Virus record (IMG/VR): IMGVR_UViG_3300033073_001153
Span: 32,001 to 96,000 of that record
Reading direction: 5' to 3' (one strand)
Length of the DNA: 64,000 nucleotides
Source of the DNA: a virus
Taxonomy: Duplodnaviria; Caudoviricetes
The position numbers and the translations under genes are program-made. How positions within the stretch are numbered: position 1 is the stretch's first letter; the number at the start of each line of letters is the position of its first letter. Below the pieces are notes generated by a model. That model did no database searches. It was not told where the DNA came from and saw only the letters and a program-made list of their open reading frames with translations. This document shows positions 30,867-40,824 of this stretch, in pieces.

Positions 30867-32465
30867 ATGAAACAAATCAAACCCGCACAATCATACATCG
30901 ATCAAGATCGCGCTAAGGTTCTTTTGGAAAAGTGGGCACCAGTGCTCGACTACACCAGCAAGAGCGTAGCCGCAATTGAAGATGATCACACTCGTCTAAA
31001 CACTGCAATGCTTCTCGAAAACCAAGAAGCTTATTGCTTACGTGAAGCAAACGTAGCTGGTGGAACAGGAACTATGTTCGGTTCTATCGATAACGGTCGC
31101 ACTGGTGGAGCATTCCCCGGTGGTGCCGATACTTATGCTCCCGGCGATAATCGTCTTCCAAAGATTCTTATTCCGATGATTCGTCGTACCTTCCCAGAAC
31201 TTATCTCCAACGAAATCGTTGGTGTTCAGCCAATGTCTGGTCCAGTCGGACTAGCATTCGCTCTCCGTTATAAGTACTCCAAGGATACACTCGGTGGCAA
31301 TTATCAAGACGCATCACAAAATGGTGCCGATTGGCAAGCAGCACCCGGAAATCCTTCAAGTGGATCTGGTCAACCATATCGCAATACCACAACTGTAAAC
31401 TACAAAGCTTCAGGTTTTAATTGCGATCCCGGTATTCCCGGTGGAGCAGGTGGTAAATCACCACAAGGAGATAACGAACTAGGATGGCAATATCTCGATT
31501 CACGTTTCACTGGTGCTTCTGCTGCTGCGCTATCAGGTCTCGGTACTCATGCTGAATCTGGCGTAACATGGAACTTCGCTGCTGCTGATGGTGGTGTTGC
31601 TGAAATTCTCAAGAATTTCGAAATCAACGCAAACATCCCAACTGTTGAAGTATCCTTCGAGAAGACTGCCGTTGAAGCTGGTACTCGTAGATTAGGTGCA
31701 AAATGGTCTGTCGAGCTAGAACAAGACTTAAAGAACATGAACGGAATCGATATCGATGCTGAAATCACTAATGCAATGGCATATGAGATTCAAGCAGAAA
31801 TCGACCGTGAAATGATTATCCGTATGATCCAAACCTCCTTAAATGGTGGTTTCCGTAAAGGATTCTCTGTATGGTCCCCATCTACTGCCGATGGTCGTTG
31901 GCTTGTTGAACGTAACCGTGACTTCTACCAGAGAGTAATTATCGAAGCAAACCGTATCGCTATCCGCAATCGTCGTGGAGCAGCAAACTTCATCGTAGCA
32001 ACACCTCGCGTGTGCGCTATCTTTGAAATGCTCCCAGAATTCCAGTGGGTAACTGTACAGGGCAACGTTTCTACCCAGCAAACTGGCGTAGCTAAAGTTG
32101 GTTCTCTCGGTGGCCGTTTCCAAGTTTATCGTGATACACGCACCGAAGTACAAAATAGTGGAATCTATGGTGACGTAGGATATTGCGCTGGCACAGATCC
32201 AGAAGGAACTGGTGCAGGCATCGAGTATGCACTCCTAGGATATAAAGGTACTGAATTCTATGATTCAGGTATCATCTACTGCCCATACATTCCTGTTATG
32301 GTACAACGCACAATTGGACCGAATGACTTCGCTCCTCGCGTTGGACTCTTGACAAGATATGGAGTAGTGGATAATATTTTCGGAGCATCGCTCTATTACC
32401 ACACCATTATTCTCAAGAATCTTGGTCAGGCATTTACTCCCGGAAATTCCTCAATATATTTTTAA
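30867..32465 (+). CDS. Major capsid protein (T4 gp23)
   Basis: LLEKWAPVL, GVQPMSGPVG..FALR, WSVELEQDLK..GID, YCPYIP, TRYG. Confidence 0.97.
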   Translation: MKQIKPAQSYIDQDRAKVLLEKWAPVLDYTSKSVAAIEDDHTRLNTAMLLENQEAYCLREANVAGGTGTMFGSIDNGRTGGAFPGGADTYAPGDNRLPKILIPMIRRTFPELISNEIVGVQPMSGPVGLAFALRYKYSKDTLGGNYQDASQNGADWQAAPGNPSSGSGQPYRNTTTVNYKASGFNCDPGIPGGAGGKSPQGDNELGWQYLDSRFTGASAAALSGLGTHAESGVTWNFAAADGGVAEILKNFEINANIPTVEVSFEKTAVEAGTRRLGAKWSVELEQDLKNMNGIDIDAEITNAMAYEIQAEIDREMIIRMIQTSLNGGFRKGFSVWSPSTADGRWLVERNRDFYQRVIIEANRIAIRNRRGAANFIVATPRVCAIFEMLPEFQWVTVQGNVSTQQTGVAKVGSLGGRFQVYRDTRTEVQNSGIYGDVGYCAGTDPEGTGAGIEYALLGYKGTEFYDSGIIYCPYIPVMVQRTIGPNDFAPRVGLLTRYGVVDNIFGASLYYHTIILKNLGQAFTPGNSSIYF

Positions 32466-32497
32466 GTCACATAAGTACTTAAAAATAAGTAAATTAC

Positions 32498-32532
32498 AAA
32501 GAACCACAGAGAAATCTGTGGTTCTTTTTTTT
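32498..32532 (+). terminator. Rho-independent terminator after the capsid gene
   Basis: AAAGAACCACAGA-GAAA-TCTGTGGTTCTTT plus T-tract. Confidence 0.9.
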
Positions 32533-32582
32533 ATAGACATATTCACTTGATATTAAATAATTTGATGATATATTTAGTACAT

Positions 32583-34148
32583 ATGGAAGACGACAAAACT
32601 AAAATTATAAATTTTCTGAAAGAAAACTATAAAGGATCTTATAGATTCGTAAAAGAAAAGATGTTCATTAAAAATTTTGGAAGTGATTTATTTAATAAAA
32701 TTATAGAGGCAACTAAATTTCTGGATAATTCTGGATACGCATTTTCTGTTAGGGTACGCTCTTTCGTAGAGAATGTAAAACAACAACCAACTTGTATTGT
32801 TTGTAATAAAGATACCATTTTCAATTCAAATAATGGATGGCAAGCTACATGTAGTCGGACTTGTCATATGAAATCGCCAGAAAGAATAGAAAAATTAAAA
32901 CAAACAAATTTAGAAAAATATGGAGTAACTAACTATTTTGCCTCAGAAGAAGGAAAGAAGAAGATACTAGAAACTAATTTAAAAAAATATGGGGAAACGA
33001 GTTATACTAAAACTCAAGAATATAAGGATAGGATTAAAAGTGGAAACATAATTAATAACGGAAATCCCGAATTAGTTTCTAAAATTAATAGACTAAACTA
33101 CTATAATAGTTTAGTTAATGGAGATGTAGTAATGCCTTTGTTTCCTTTTGAAGAATATGAAGGATTTTCTAATGCATACAAATCTTATAAATGGAAATGC
33201 AAAAAATGCGGAGACGAATTCGAATCTATTTTAAAATATCACAAATATTTAGAATGTCGCAAATGCAAGCCTACTGGATCTAAGATGGAAATTTTTATTA
33301 AAAATATTTTAGATCAATATGATGTAGCATTTATATACAGAGAAAGAACGATTTTAAAAGGATATGAAATAGATATATACGTTCCTAGTATGAAACTAGG
33401 AATCGAAATGCATGGTCTTTATTGGCACACAGAAACACAAAAAGGAAAAACATTGCATAAGTTAAAAGCAGATCTTGCAGAAGAGGCAGGAATTAAATTA
33501 ATTCAAATATTTGAAGATGAATACAAACAAAAAAGAAATATAGTAGTTTCTAGATTAATGAATTATTTAAATTTAAACAAACATAAAATATATGCTAGAA
33601 ATTGCACAATAAAGGAAATTGATGGTAAGTTGAAATCTGAATTTTTAGATATGAATCACATCCAAGGTAATAATAATACTTCAATTAATTTGGGATTATT
33701 CAATAATAACAATTTAGTTTCTGTTATGACTTTTAGTAAAGAACGATTAGCGTTGGGAAATCCTTCTTCAAAAGAAGGAGTATATGAATTGAATAGATTC
33801 TGTTCTATTTCCAATACAACCGTAATTGGTGCTGCTAGTAAATTATTAAAGTATTTTATAAAAAAATATAAACCAAATGAAATCATTAGTTATGCGGATA
33901 GAAGATGGTCTTCAGGAGATTTATATGAAAAAATAGGGTTCCGTTTATCCTCAGTAACTGAACCTAATTATTGGTATACCAAAGATTTCTTAAATAGAGA
34001 ACATAGATTTAAATATAGAAAAAATGTATTAAGCGAGAAATTAGAAAAATACGACCCAAATCTATCAGAATATGAAAATATGTGTAACAATGGATATGCT
34101 AGAATATGGGATTGCGGCAGCAAAAAATATACTATGAAATTATCATAA
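32583..34148 (+). CDS. Free-standing homing endonuclease (Hef-like; Zn fingers, PD-(D/E)xK domain, C-terminal GNAT-like domain)
   Basis: TNLEKYG repeats, CxxC pairs, EIDIY...GIE.HG.YWH, YADRRWS.G, IWDCG. Confidence 0.75.
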   Translation: MEDDKTKIINFLKENYKGSYRFVKEKMFIKNFGSDLFNKIIEATKFLDNSGYAFSVRVRSFVENVKQQPTCIVCNKDTIFNSNNGWQATCSRTCHMKSPERIEKLKQTNLEKYGVTNYFASEEGKKKILETNLKKYGETSYTKTQEYKDRIKSGNIINNGNPELVSKINRLNYYNSLVNGDVVMPLFPFEEYEGFSNAYKSYKWKCKKCGDEFESILKYHKYLECRKCKPTGSKMEIFIKNILDQYDVAFIYRERTILKGYEIDIYVPSMKLGIEMHGLYWHTETQKGKTLHKLKADLAEEAGIKLIQIFEDEYKQKRNIVVSRLMNYLNLNKHKIYARNCTIKEIDGKLKSEFLDMNHIQGNNNTSINLGLFNNNNLVSVMTFSKERLALGNPSSKEGVYELNRFCSISNTTVIGAASKLLKYFIKKYKPNEIISYADRRWSSGDLYEKIGFRLSSVTEPNYWYTKDFLNREHRFKYRKNVLSEKLEKYDPNLSEYENMCNNGYARIWDCGSKKYTMKLS

Positions 34149-34156
34149 ATATTTAA

Positions 34157-34525
34157 ATGACTAGATTTATTGTTGCTATTAAGGAGAAAATACAAGGAAA
34201 GCCATTTTCTCTACGTTCTTCTAAATGGCAGACGGTTCGCAATAATTTTTTAGAATCGCATAAAACCTGTGCGGCATGTGGAGCTGATATTAACTTACAG
34301 GTGCATCACAAAAAGCCTTTTCACATTCATCCCGAATTAGAATTAGATGAGAAGAATCTAATTACATTATGCGAAGAAAAAGGAGAAAATGGATGTCATT
34401 TAAAAATAGGACATTTGGGTGACTGGAAATCTTTTAATCCGAATGTAGAAAAAGACGCACGTAAAAAATTAAGAGAACTTAAAAATAATAAATTTGGAAC
34501 TACTAGTAGTCCTAGGAGGAAGTGA
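34157..34525 (+). CDS. HNH endonuclease
   Basis: CAACG...LQVHHK...NLITLC...CH. Confidence 0.85.
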   Translation: MTRFIVAIKEKIQGKPFSLRSSKWQTVRNNFLESHKTCAACGADINLQVHHKKPFHIHPELELDEKNLITLCEEKGENGCHLKIGHLGDWKSFNPNVEKDARKKLRELKNNKFGTTSSPRRK

Positions 34526-34555
34526 TTTATTTGTAAATATTTGAAAATTAATTAC

Positions 34556-34837
34556 TTACGCCCAATCGGCGCAAGCAGCGGCAGAAGGGCTGCCTTTCTT
34601 AGCCTTGCTACAACGATGCCGTGCTTTGAAACTTTTCTTTCTTTTTGTATTACCAGATTTTCCAGTTACACGCACCCCTGCTTGTCCCCAGTGAATTCGT
34701 TTGATACTACCATCTGGTTGTCTAGCACATTTAGACCATTTCTTTCCTTTTCTAGTTGAATGTGCTTTCTTTGTAACCTTAGTACATTTACCTTCTTCTA
34801 ATAGTTCCATTCTTTCTAATAGTAGTTCGAAATTCAT
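34556..34837 (-). CDS. Small basic protein typical of T4-like phages (candidate internal head protein)
   Basis: RKKSFKARHRC motif; LLEE leader; TAAATA box. Confidence 0.6.
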   Translation of the reverse strand: MNFELLLERMELLEEGKCTKVTKKAHSTRKGKKWSKCARQPDGSIKRIHWGQAGVRVTGKSGNTKRKKSFKARHRCSKAKKGSPSAAACADWA

Positions 34838-34890
34838 ACTAATATTTAGTTATTATTTGAAAAAATAGTCATATAAAGATAAATAAAAAT

Positions 34891-35532
34891 ATGGCAACAT
34901 TCACGAATTTTGTATTTAATTCAGCAGCGGAAAATCCTCCTCAAGTTGGAGTTAGTCTTTCAGCATCTAATAATTCTGTAGTTTTTCTTCCTACTGTAAC
35001 GGTTTTTAATACTTTAACTGCTGTTCCAAACACAGTATTTACAACACCTCCACTTAGTGCTACACAAAATACTGCTATTACTGGAAGTAATGTTCTTTCT
35101 GGTTTTTATGCTGGTTGGGTTGCGAGCGGTATTCCATTAAATACTAAGTATACAGATACACAATTTGGAGCACTCACTGCAATTTATGCATCAACTCCAT
35201 TACTTAGCACACAAGTTGATGTTTTAACTTCTCGTATTACTTCTACTTCTATTTTCTCTTCTGGTAAATATAATGGGGTTTCAGTAAATGGAATTCTTTT
35301 TAATGAAATATCTGGTGCATCTACTGCTAGTGTTACTCTTTCTGTGACTGATCGTATTCAGTTCAAGGTTGCTCCTGAATATAATGGTGCTACTTTCGCA
35401 TTATATTTCCCAGATCGTTCTACTACTACATTCACTGTGGCTACTGCTACTGCGACACAAGTTGTAACTGGAGCTATTGGATTTGATAATCGTGGTCCAA
35501 ACGAACGTCGTCGTTTTGCTATAGAAATTTAA
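34891..35532 (+). CDS. Ser/Thr-rich putative virion protein
   Basis: Own TAAATA promoter and terminator; composition rich in T/S/V/A. Confidence 0.55.
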   Translation: MATFTNFVFNSAAENPPQVGVSLSASNNSVVFLPTVTVFNTLTAVPNTVFTTPPLSATQNTAITGSNVLSGFYAGWVASGIPLNTKYTDTQFGALTAIYASTPLLSTQVDVLTSRITSTSIFSSGKYNGVSVNGILFNEISGASTASVTLSVTDRIQFKVAPEYNGATFALYFPDRSTTTFTVATATATQVVTGAIGFDNRGPNERRRFAIEI

Positions 35533-35561
35533 TTGTTGTTGGTTAATTCTTCATAGGCATT

Positions 35562-35591
35562 AAAACCCCACTAGAAATAGTGGGGTTTTTT
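35562..35591 (+). terminator. Rho-independent terminator
   Basis: AAAACCCCACTA-GAAA-TAGTGGGGTTTTTT. Confidence 0.9.
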
Positions 35592-35614
35592 GTATTTTGT
35601 TGTTAAATATTTTT

Positions 35615-36196
35615 ATGGGATTATTATTCGAACGTAGTAAAACTGGATTTTTAAATCCAGTTAATAGTACTGTTGATAAATTAATTTCAGCATCAAATGG
35701 ATTGATGTGTTTGAAATCCGCTATAATGGGAGGAATACCAAATCCAGCATCTATATTACAAGGTTTAGCAAGTGTTGCAGCAGGAATGATAGGAGCGATT
35801 ATTGGAGCAGTGACAACTGTTATAACGGAAAGAGTTGATCAAATAGTCAATTCTGTATTATCTCCTATTAGGAAAATAGAAGGAATAATAAAAGATTTAA
35901 CAGATACATTAGTAGGAGTACAGAACATATTAGACAAAGCTACTAATATGGATAACTATTTCAAGAACAAACAAGATTGTTCTGGATTTGCTGCACAGCT
36001 TATGAATTGTTTGGCACAAAATGCTATTAATAAAATAACAAACAAAGTAGCAATGAACGTAGATAAACACATAGGAAAGATAGCAAATAATGTGACTAAA
36101 GAATCTTTAAAAGTTAACGGAGTTATTGATAGTTACGTAAATCGTCATACAAAGTTTCTAGAAAAAGCTAATTTACAAACTAAATTATTAACATAG
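35615..36196 (+). CDS. Hypothetical helical protein (baseplate context)
   Basis: ATG 5 nt after TAAATA at 35604. Confidence 0.6.
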   Translation: MGLLFERSKTGFLNPVNSTVDKLISASNGLMCLKSAIMGGIPNPASILQGLASVAAGMIGAIIGAVTTVITERVDQIVNSVLSPIRKIEGIIKDLTDTLVGVQNILDKATNMDNYFKNKQDCSGFAAQLMNCLAQNAINKITNKVAMNVDKHIGKIANNVTKESLKVNGVIDSYVNRHTKFLEKANLQTKLLT

Positions 36197-36197
36197 T

Positions 36198-37424
36198 ATG
36201 CCAAATCCTTTTGAAGAAAAACATTATGGATTCTTTCGGGGAACCGTAGTACAAAATAACGATCCAGACAGAAGAGGACGAGTTAAAGTAGCAATACCAG
36301 AATTTACTGCACAATTAGCAAGAGATTTAGGATTGCCTCCTGATATTTACAATTCAAGATTTGTTGGAGATAATATAACTACTATTTATAATAGAGAAGT
36401 TTTGCAACAGTTTTGTGATGTATTGAAATGGGCTGAACAAGCTTCTCCGTTAATTGGAGGAGGAACAGCAGGAGTATTCAATGCTAAAAATGGAGATGCT
36501 ACTGTAGGTGAAGGATACAGAGGAGAATTAAGAGAACCATTAGGAGAAGAAAGTATAACTCCATCTGGAGAGAGTGTATCACCAAAAGCAGCAGCTTCGG
36601 TTAATGCAATTCCCGGTGGATTCGATGTAGGATATAAAACTGGTATATGTGATGTTTATAATCAAACATTAGCACCTAGTCCTATTAACAACGCAACAAA
36701 AGGAATGTTTTCTGTTCCTCGTGTTGGATCACAAGTTTGGGTATTTTTTGAAAATGGTAGTTTAGATTATCCAGTATACATGGGATATGTATTTGATAAA
36801 CAAGACTGGAATAGTGTAATGAATACACAAGGAAGTAATCCAGATTTGCATTATCCAGCAGGAAGCGAAAACATGCAAGATGGAGAACCTTTTTTCTTCA
36901 CTGGAAAAACAGTGTTCAATTCAAAAGCAGGATCATTAGAATTTATTGAAACAGATGATTTTGAAAAAATAAAAATATCACATTATAGTGGGTCTTTTTA
37001 TGAAATTTCAAATCACGTTACTGCTGAAGTTGCAGTAGAAAATAAAATCACTGTGGTTAATCAACAAGAAACTCATACGGTAAAAGGTGATCGAGGGATT
37101 CGTGTAATGGGAGATAATCACGAAAGATACGAAGGAGACCATTATTTAACATATGGTGATCCCGACAATAAAACTTATTATGATGAATGGGTAGAAACAG
37201 CAGCTCCTGCTTTTTCACATTCTGCACAATTTTCACAAAAAGAAAGAGTAGTAAAAGATCCAACTAAATCTGGAGCTTCAAAAGGAGGTCCAAACAACAC
37301 ATATGTACATCCGCCAAATGAATTAACTCTTGTTACAAATTGGACAAATTTATTAAGAGGAATCAATCCCGGACAATACATGAAAAAGATTCAACATGTT
37401 GAATTAGGAGTAAAACCAGCTTAA
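36198..37424 (+). CDS. Baseplate hub gp5/VgrG-like N-terminal OB-fold protein
   Basis: RGTVVQNNDPDRRGRVKV.IP, FSVPRVGSQVWVFFENG...PVY, HYSGSF.EI. Confidence 0.85.
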   Translation: MPNPFEEKHYGFFRGTVVQNNDPDRRGRVKVAIPEFTAQLARDLGLPPDIYNSRFVGDNITTIYNREVLQQFCDVLKWAEQASPLIGGGTAGVFNAKNGDATVGEGYRGELREPLGEESITPSGESVSPKAAASVNAIPGGFDVGYKTGICDVYNQTLAPSPINNATKGMFSVPRVGSQVWVFFENGSLDYPVYMGYVFDKQDWNSVMNTQGSNPDLHYPAGSENMQDGEPFFFTGKTVFNSKAGSLEFIETDDFEKIKISHYSGSFYEISNHVTAEVAVENKITVVNQQETHTVKGDRGIRVMGDNHERYEGDHYLTYGDPDNKTYYDEWVETAAPAFSHSAQFSQKERVVKDPTKSGASKGGPNNTYVHPPNELTLVTNWTNLLRGINPGQYMKKIQHVELGVKPA

Positions 37425-37438
37425 ATATAATAAAAAAT

Positions 37439-38491
37439 ATGGCAGATGTAACTAATACACAAAAATTTGATAAATCAAATCAATCTGAAGTTTTAGCAAA
37501 AGTTTGTGAAAATTTGATTCCCATTGAAAGTAATATTAAAGCAGGTGGTAATCAAATTATATCTTATGAAAAAGATAAACAAGAACACATCGGTGCAGCC
37601 ACTAATACTTTTCCACATATAAGAAAAGATGTCAAAGGAGAATTTCGTCCAAAGTCGGTAGATATTGAAGGAAAAGGTTCTTTTGTAAAAAACGAAACAG
37701 TTCCATATACTGAAGAAGTAGAAAATACTAAATTTCCTTGTGGAACTTATTCATTAAGTGTGGGAAATAAATATGATGTTTCTGTAGGAGCGGGAGGTGC
37801 TAGTATTGCAACTGCGGGAAACATGAGATTAGGTTCAGGTGGTAGAAGCATTATTTCTGCTTCAGAAGAAATGAATGTATCTTCCGAAGGAAATGTTAAT
37901 TTAAGATCTGGTAATAATATATCATTAAAATCAGATTCGATGAATCTTGAATGTCCTAATCAAGTAGTAGTAAATTCTAATTTAGGAGTATCAAAAAATG
38001 CAGTTATTAATGGATGTGCTTTTATTGACGGAGAAGTTTATGTAAATCATATTACTTGTCCAGCAGAAGTTCAATATACTGGAGGAGGTATTGGAAGCTT
38101 TGGTCAATTAATGACAGGTACAGGAATTAATGGAGATCAAAAAGGAGGCGGAGGAACAGCAGTTATTGCTTATGCAGACGTAAGCTATATAAAAGATTTA
38201 TATAATAGCATAGGTGCTTCAAAAACTCCTTGGACTGGACCAGATAAAGTACCAGTGTTGATATTATCAGATGGAGGAACAGCAGTAGCATCTAGTGCTG
38301 GAAATGGAGGAAGTCCTAAAAATCCAGAATTTTCGGTATTTGTATATCCACATCAGCACCCTTTCAACAATATACCGATCTCATTTACCACAGGAAATGA
38401 ACCCATGAGAAATAGAGCATCTGTACTGAATTCTGGCAATATAGGAATCGCATCCCCAATTCAACACGGATACAAGACTCCTACTGCGTAA
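37439..38491 (+). CDS. Baseplate spike, gp5 C-terminal beta-helix-like
   Basis: Gly/Ser/Asn-rich beta-repeats and a terminal HQH motif; follows the gp5 OB-fold gene. Confidence 0.55.
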   Translation: MADVTNTQKFDKSNQSEVLAKVCENLIPIESNIKAGGNQIISYEKDKQEHIGAATNTFPHIRKDVKGEFRPKSVDIEGKGSFVKNETVPYTEEVENTKFPCGTYSLSVGNKYDVSVGAGGASIATAGNMRLGSGGRSIISASEEMNVSSEGNVNLRSGNNISLKSDSMNLECPNQVVVNSNLGVSKNAVINGCAFIDGEVYVNHITCPAEVQYTGGGIGSFGQLMTGTGINGDQKGGGGTAVIAYADVSYIKDLYNSIGASKTPWTGPDKVPVLILSDGGTAVASSAGNGGSPKNPEFSVFVYPHQHPFNNIPISFTTGNEPMRNRASVLNSGNIGIASPIQHGYKTPTA

Positions 38492-38705
38492 AGCCGTATT
38501 TTATAACTGCGAGCATCCAAAGCTTCTCGTCAACGATTTCAAACTCAGCGTAATCGTCATGACCCATTTCATGGACATTTATAATTTTTAATCCTAATTC
38601 TTCATTGAAAGTTTTTTCCAATTCCATAGAATTGTTATTGAATCTTTGGATTAAAGCTGGTTCATATTGTTTATAAAATGAAAGTACTACTTTATTTTTT
38701 CCCAT
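38481..38705 (-). CDS. Hypothetical protein
   Basis: Short ORF overlapping the thyX end. Confidence 0.55.
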   Translation of the reverse strand: MGKNKVVLSFYKQYEPALIQRFNNNSMELEKTFNEELGLKIINVHEMGHDDYAEFEIVDEKLWMLAVIKYGFTQ

Positions 38706-40789
38706 GCTTCTTCGCTCCAGTTTTGTTTAGATAGAATATTTCGATAAGAACGCCATCCGTCGAAATTATCATGGATTCCAAAATCACAAACAGCAGAATG
38801 TTCGAATGGACTCCAGTGTCCTTCTTTTACTAACATATCATGTAAATTATAATCTTTATCATAATTTACAACTCCATCAAAATTTTTATAAGAAACTCTA
38901 GCTGCTCTTGCTGTAGCGATTTTTAACTTTTGTCGAGTATTTAAACCATCGAGATATTTATCTCCAAAAGGGATATGCCATTCTCCAATTGTTTTTTCTA
39001 CTGGTTTGTTAGATTGATACAATTCTAACATCTTATATGCCAATTCTCTAATTTCTGGTTGAGCTGCTTTATGTGCTCTAAGTTTAAAGAAGTTTTGAAA
39101 TTCTGTAGCAGTTAATAATGTAGTAATATGGAAAAATGGTTCCATAATACGATTAACTACTTGTTTATGTAAACCAAGTTCATTTAATTGTTTTGCATGT
39201 GCAACTGCCGCATCTCTAGCGGAGTTCCAGATCAGCATAGCTTTCATTTTAGTTTCTTCATCTACTTCGTTATCAGCTTGCATTCCTTTTTGATTAGATC
39301 CCCAATGAACAGGAAGTGCCGGATCTGTTAATACATCTTCGATGAATTTAGTTACTGGTATAGCTCTACTATTATGTACTACAACCCCATTCGCAACGAA
39401 ATTATGATAAGGAGCAGCAACTTCTATATCATACGTAGGTTCTTTGCCTACAAATTTAATTGTCTTTATTTTAAAGAATCTAGCTACAAGACTGTTTACT
39501 TTTCCTCTTGGTTTGTTTATATCACTGCATTTTAATTTTAAATTCGAATGTTCTTCTACGAATTTTTCTAAAGGTTTTCCCGCATTATACCAATCTAAAA
39601 ATAATAAATCTAAATTATTAGAATGAATAAATTTATGAATTTCTTTATTAAGAGGTACGATATTATCAATATCGTATTGTTTTTCTTTATTATGCCAACG
39701 TGGATTTATATGATGTAATTCTAAGTTTTGTCCATATCCACTTATTACGCATTTATAATTAAATTTTTCCATAATATTCGAACGAATTTGATTCATCCAT
39801 CTAGTCATTCTGCTATTACCTTCTTTATATTTCAAATGAGAATTTGGTTTAATTCTTCTTTTAGCTGCTTCTCTTACTTTTACTAAAGATGAATCAGGTA
39901 ATGTGTATCGTTTTCCTTTGTTCCAAGTAACAATATTAGCCCATGACCATTTATTACCTTTTAATCCAAATTTAGCGGCAGCTCCTTTTATTCTATCTGT
40001 TGTAGAATTACATAATTCTGCAATCTGCGTAAAGAAAAGCCCTTCTTTTATTTTAGATTCAAGCCAATCTTTATTTTTATAAATAAGATTTTCGTTCTCG
40101 ATCTGAAGTTTTTTGAAGAAAATTCTATTTTTTTCGCAAAAATAGCACAAGCTTTTGTACGATATGTTGTGTTCTTCTGCTATCTGTTTGAGAGTTTTTT
40201 TATGATTATCTCTTTGATCAATAAGATAATCCACATCTAAATTCATACCATTAGTACAAATTTTAAAATTATGATCATCAAAAATTGTGAGACCGTTATT
40301 ATGAGTTACATTAATATCATTTAATGTTTTCCATCCTTCATTAGTAAAAATTCTATGTTCTTTTGTACATTTTAATTTATATCCATTCTCTAATTCTATT
40401 TCGTAGATATCTTTTTCACCACTAAACATACAATCTACTAATTTTGTAGAAATGAATTCTCCGGTGTCTTCATTTAAGCATCTGAGATTCATTTCTTTTA
40501 ATCTATGACGCATAGAACGACCCCATGAGTCTCCGTCTGTCCATTTCTTATAAAGATCTTTTATTTTGATCTTCATGTGCAATGACCTCTTTTTATTTTT
40601 GATCATGCTTGGTTTTTCGATGAAAATTTCAGAATCGCCAGCTAAACAACTAGCTGCATTCCTAGAAAGTGATCTATGTGTAAGTAGTTCAGAATGAATA
40701 AATCTCGGATATGTCAAGACATACGAAGTAATACGCTTTGAAGTATTTTCAGAACAAACCGAATCGGCAATGATTTTAGCTGTGATCAT
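38687..40789 (-). CDS. thyX: Flavin-dependent thymidylate synthase with intein
   Basis: PRFIHSELLTHR.LSRNAAS|SRAIP, LHKQ..NR..EPF, FFKLR....AQPEI, HWSPFEH. Confidence 0.92.
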   Translation of the reverse strand: MITAKIIADSVCSENTSKRITSYVLTYPRFIHSELLTHRSLSRNAASCLAGDSEIFIEKPSMIKNKKRSLHMKIKIKDLYKKWTDGDSWGRSMRHRLKEMNLRCLNEDTGEFISTKLVDCMFSGEKDIYEIELENGYKLKCTKEHRIFTNEGWKTLNDINVTHNNGLTIFDDHNFKICTNGMNLDVDYLIDQRDNHKKTLKQIAEEHNISYKSLCYFCEKNRIFFKKLQIENENLIYKNKDWLESKIKEGLFFTQIAELCNSTTDRIKGAAAKFGLKGNKWSWANIVTWNKGKRYTLPDSSLVKVREAAKRRIKPNSHLKYKEGNSRMTRWMNQIRSNIMEKFNYKCVISGYGQNLELHHINPRWHNKEKQYDIDNIVPLNKEIHKFIHSNNLDLLFLDWYNAGKPLEKFVEEHSNLKLKCSDINKPRGKVNSLVARFFKIKTIKFVGKEPTYDIEVAAPYHNFVANGVVVHNSRAIPVTKFIEDVLTDPALPVHWGSNQKGMQADNEVDEETKMKAMLIWNSARDAAVAHAKQLNELGLHKQVVNRIMEPFFHITTLLTATEFQNFFKLRAHKAAQPEIRELAYKMLELYQSNKPVEKTIGEWHIPFGDKYLDGLNTRQKLKIATARAARVSYKNFDGVVNYDKDYNLHDMLVKEGHWSPFEHSAVCDFGIHDNFDGWRSYRNILSKQNWSEEAWEKIK
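39371..40648 (-). mobile_element. Intein (426 aa) with HNH endonuclease in thyX
   Basis: CLAGDS start, CTKEHRIFT block B, LELHHINP HNH, YDIEV..PYHNFVANGVVVHN|S end. Confidence 0.93.
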
Positions 40790-40824
40790 TATATGATGAT
40801 ATCACTTATATAAAAATTGTCAAT

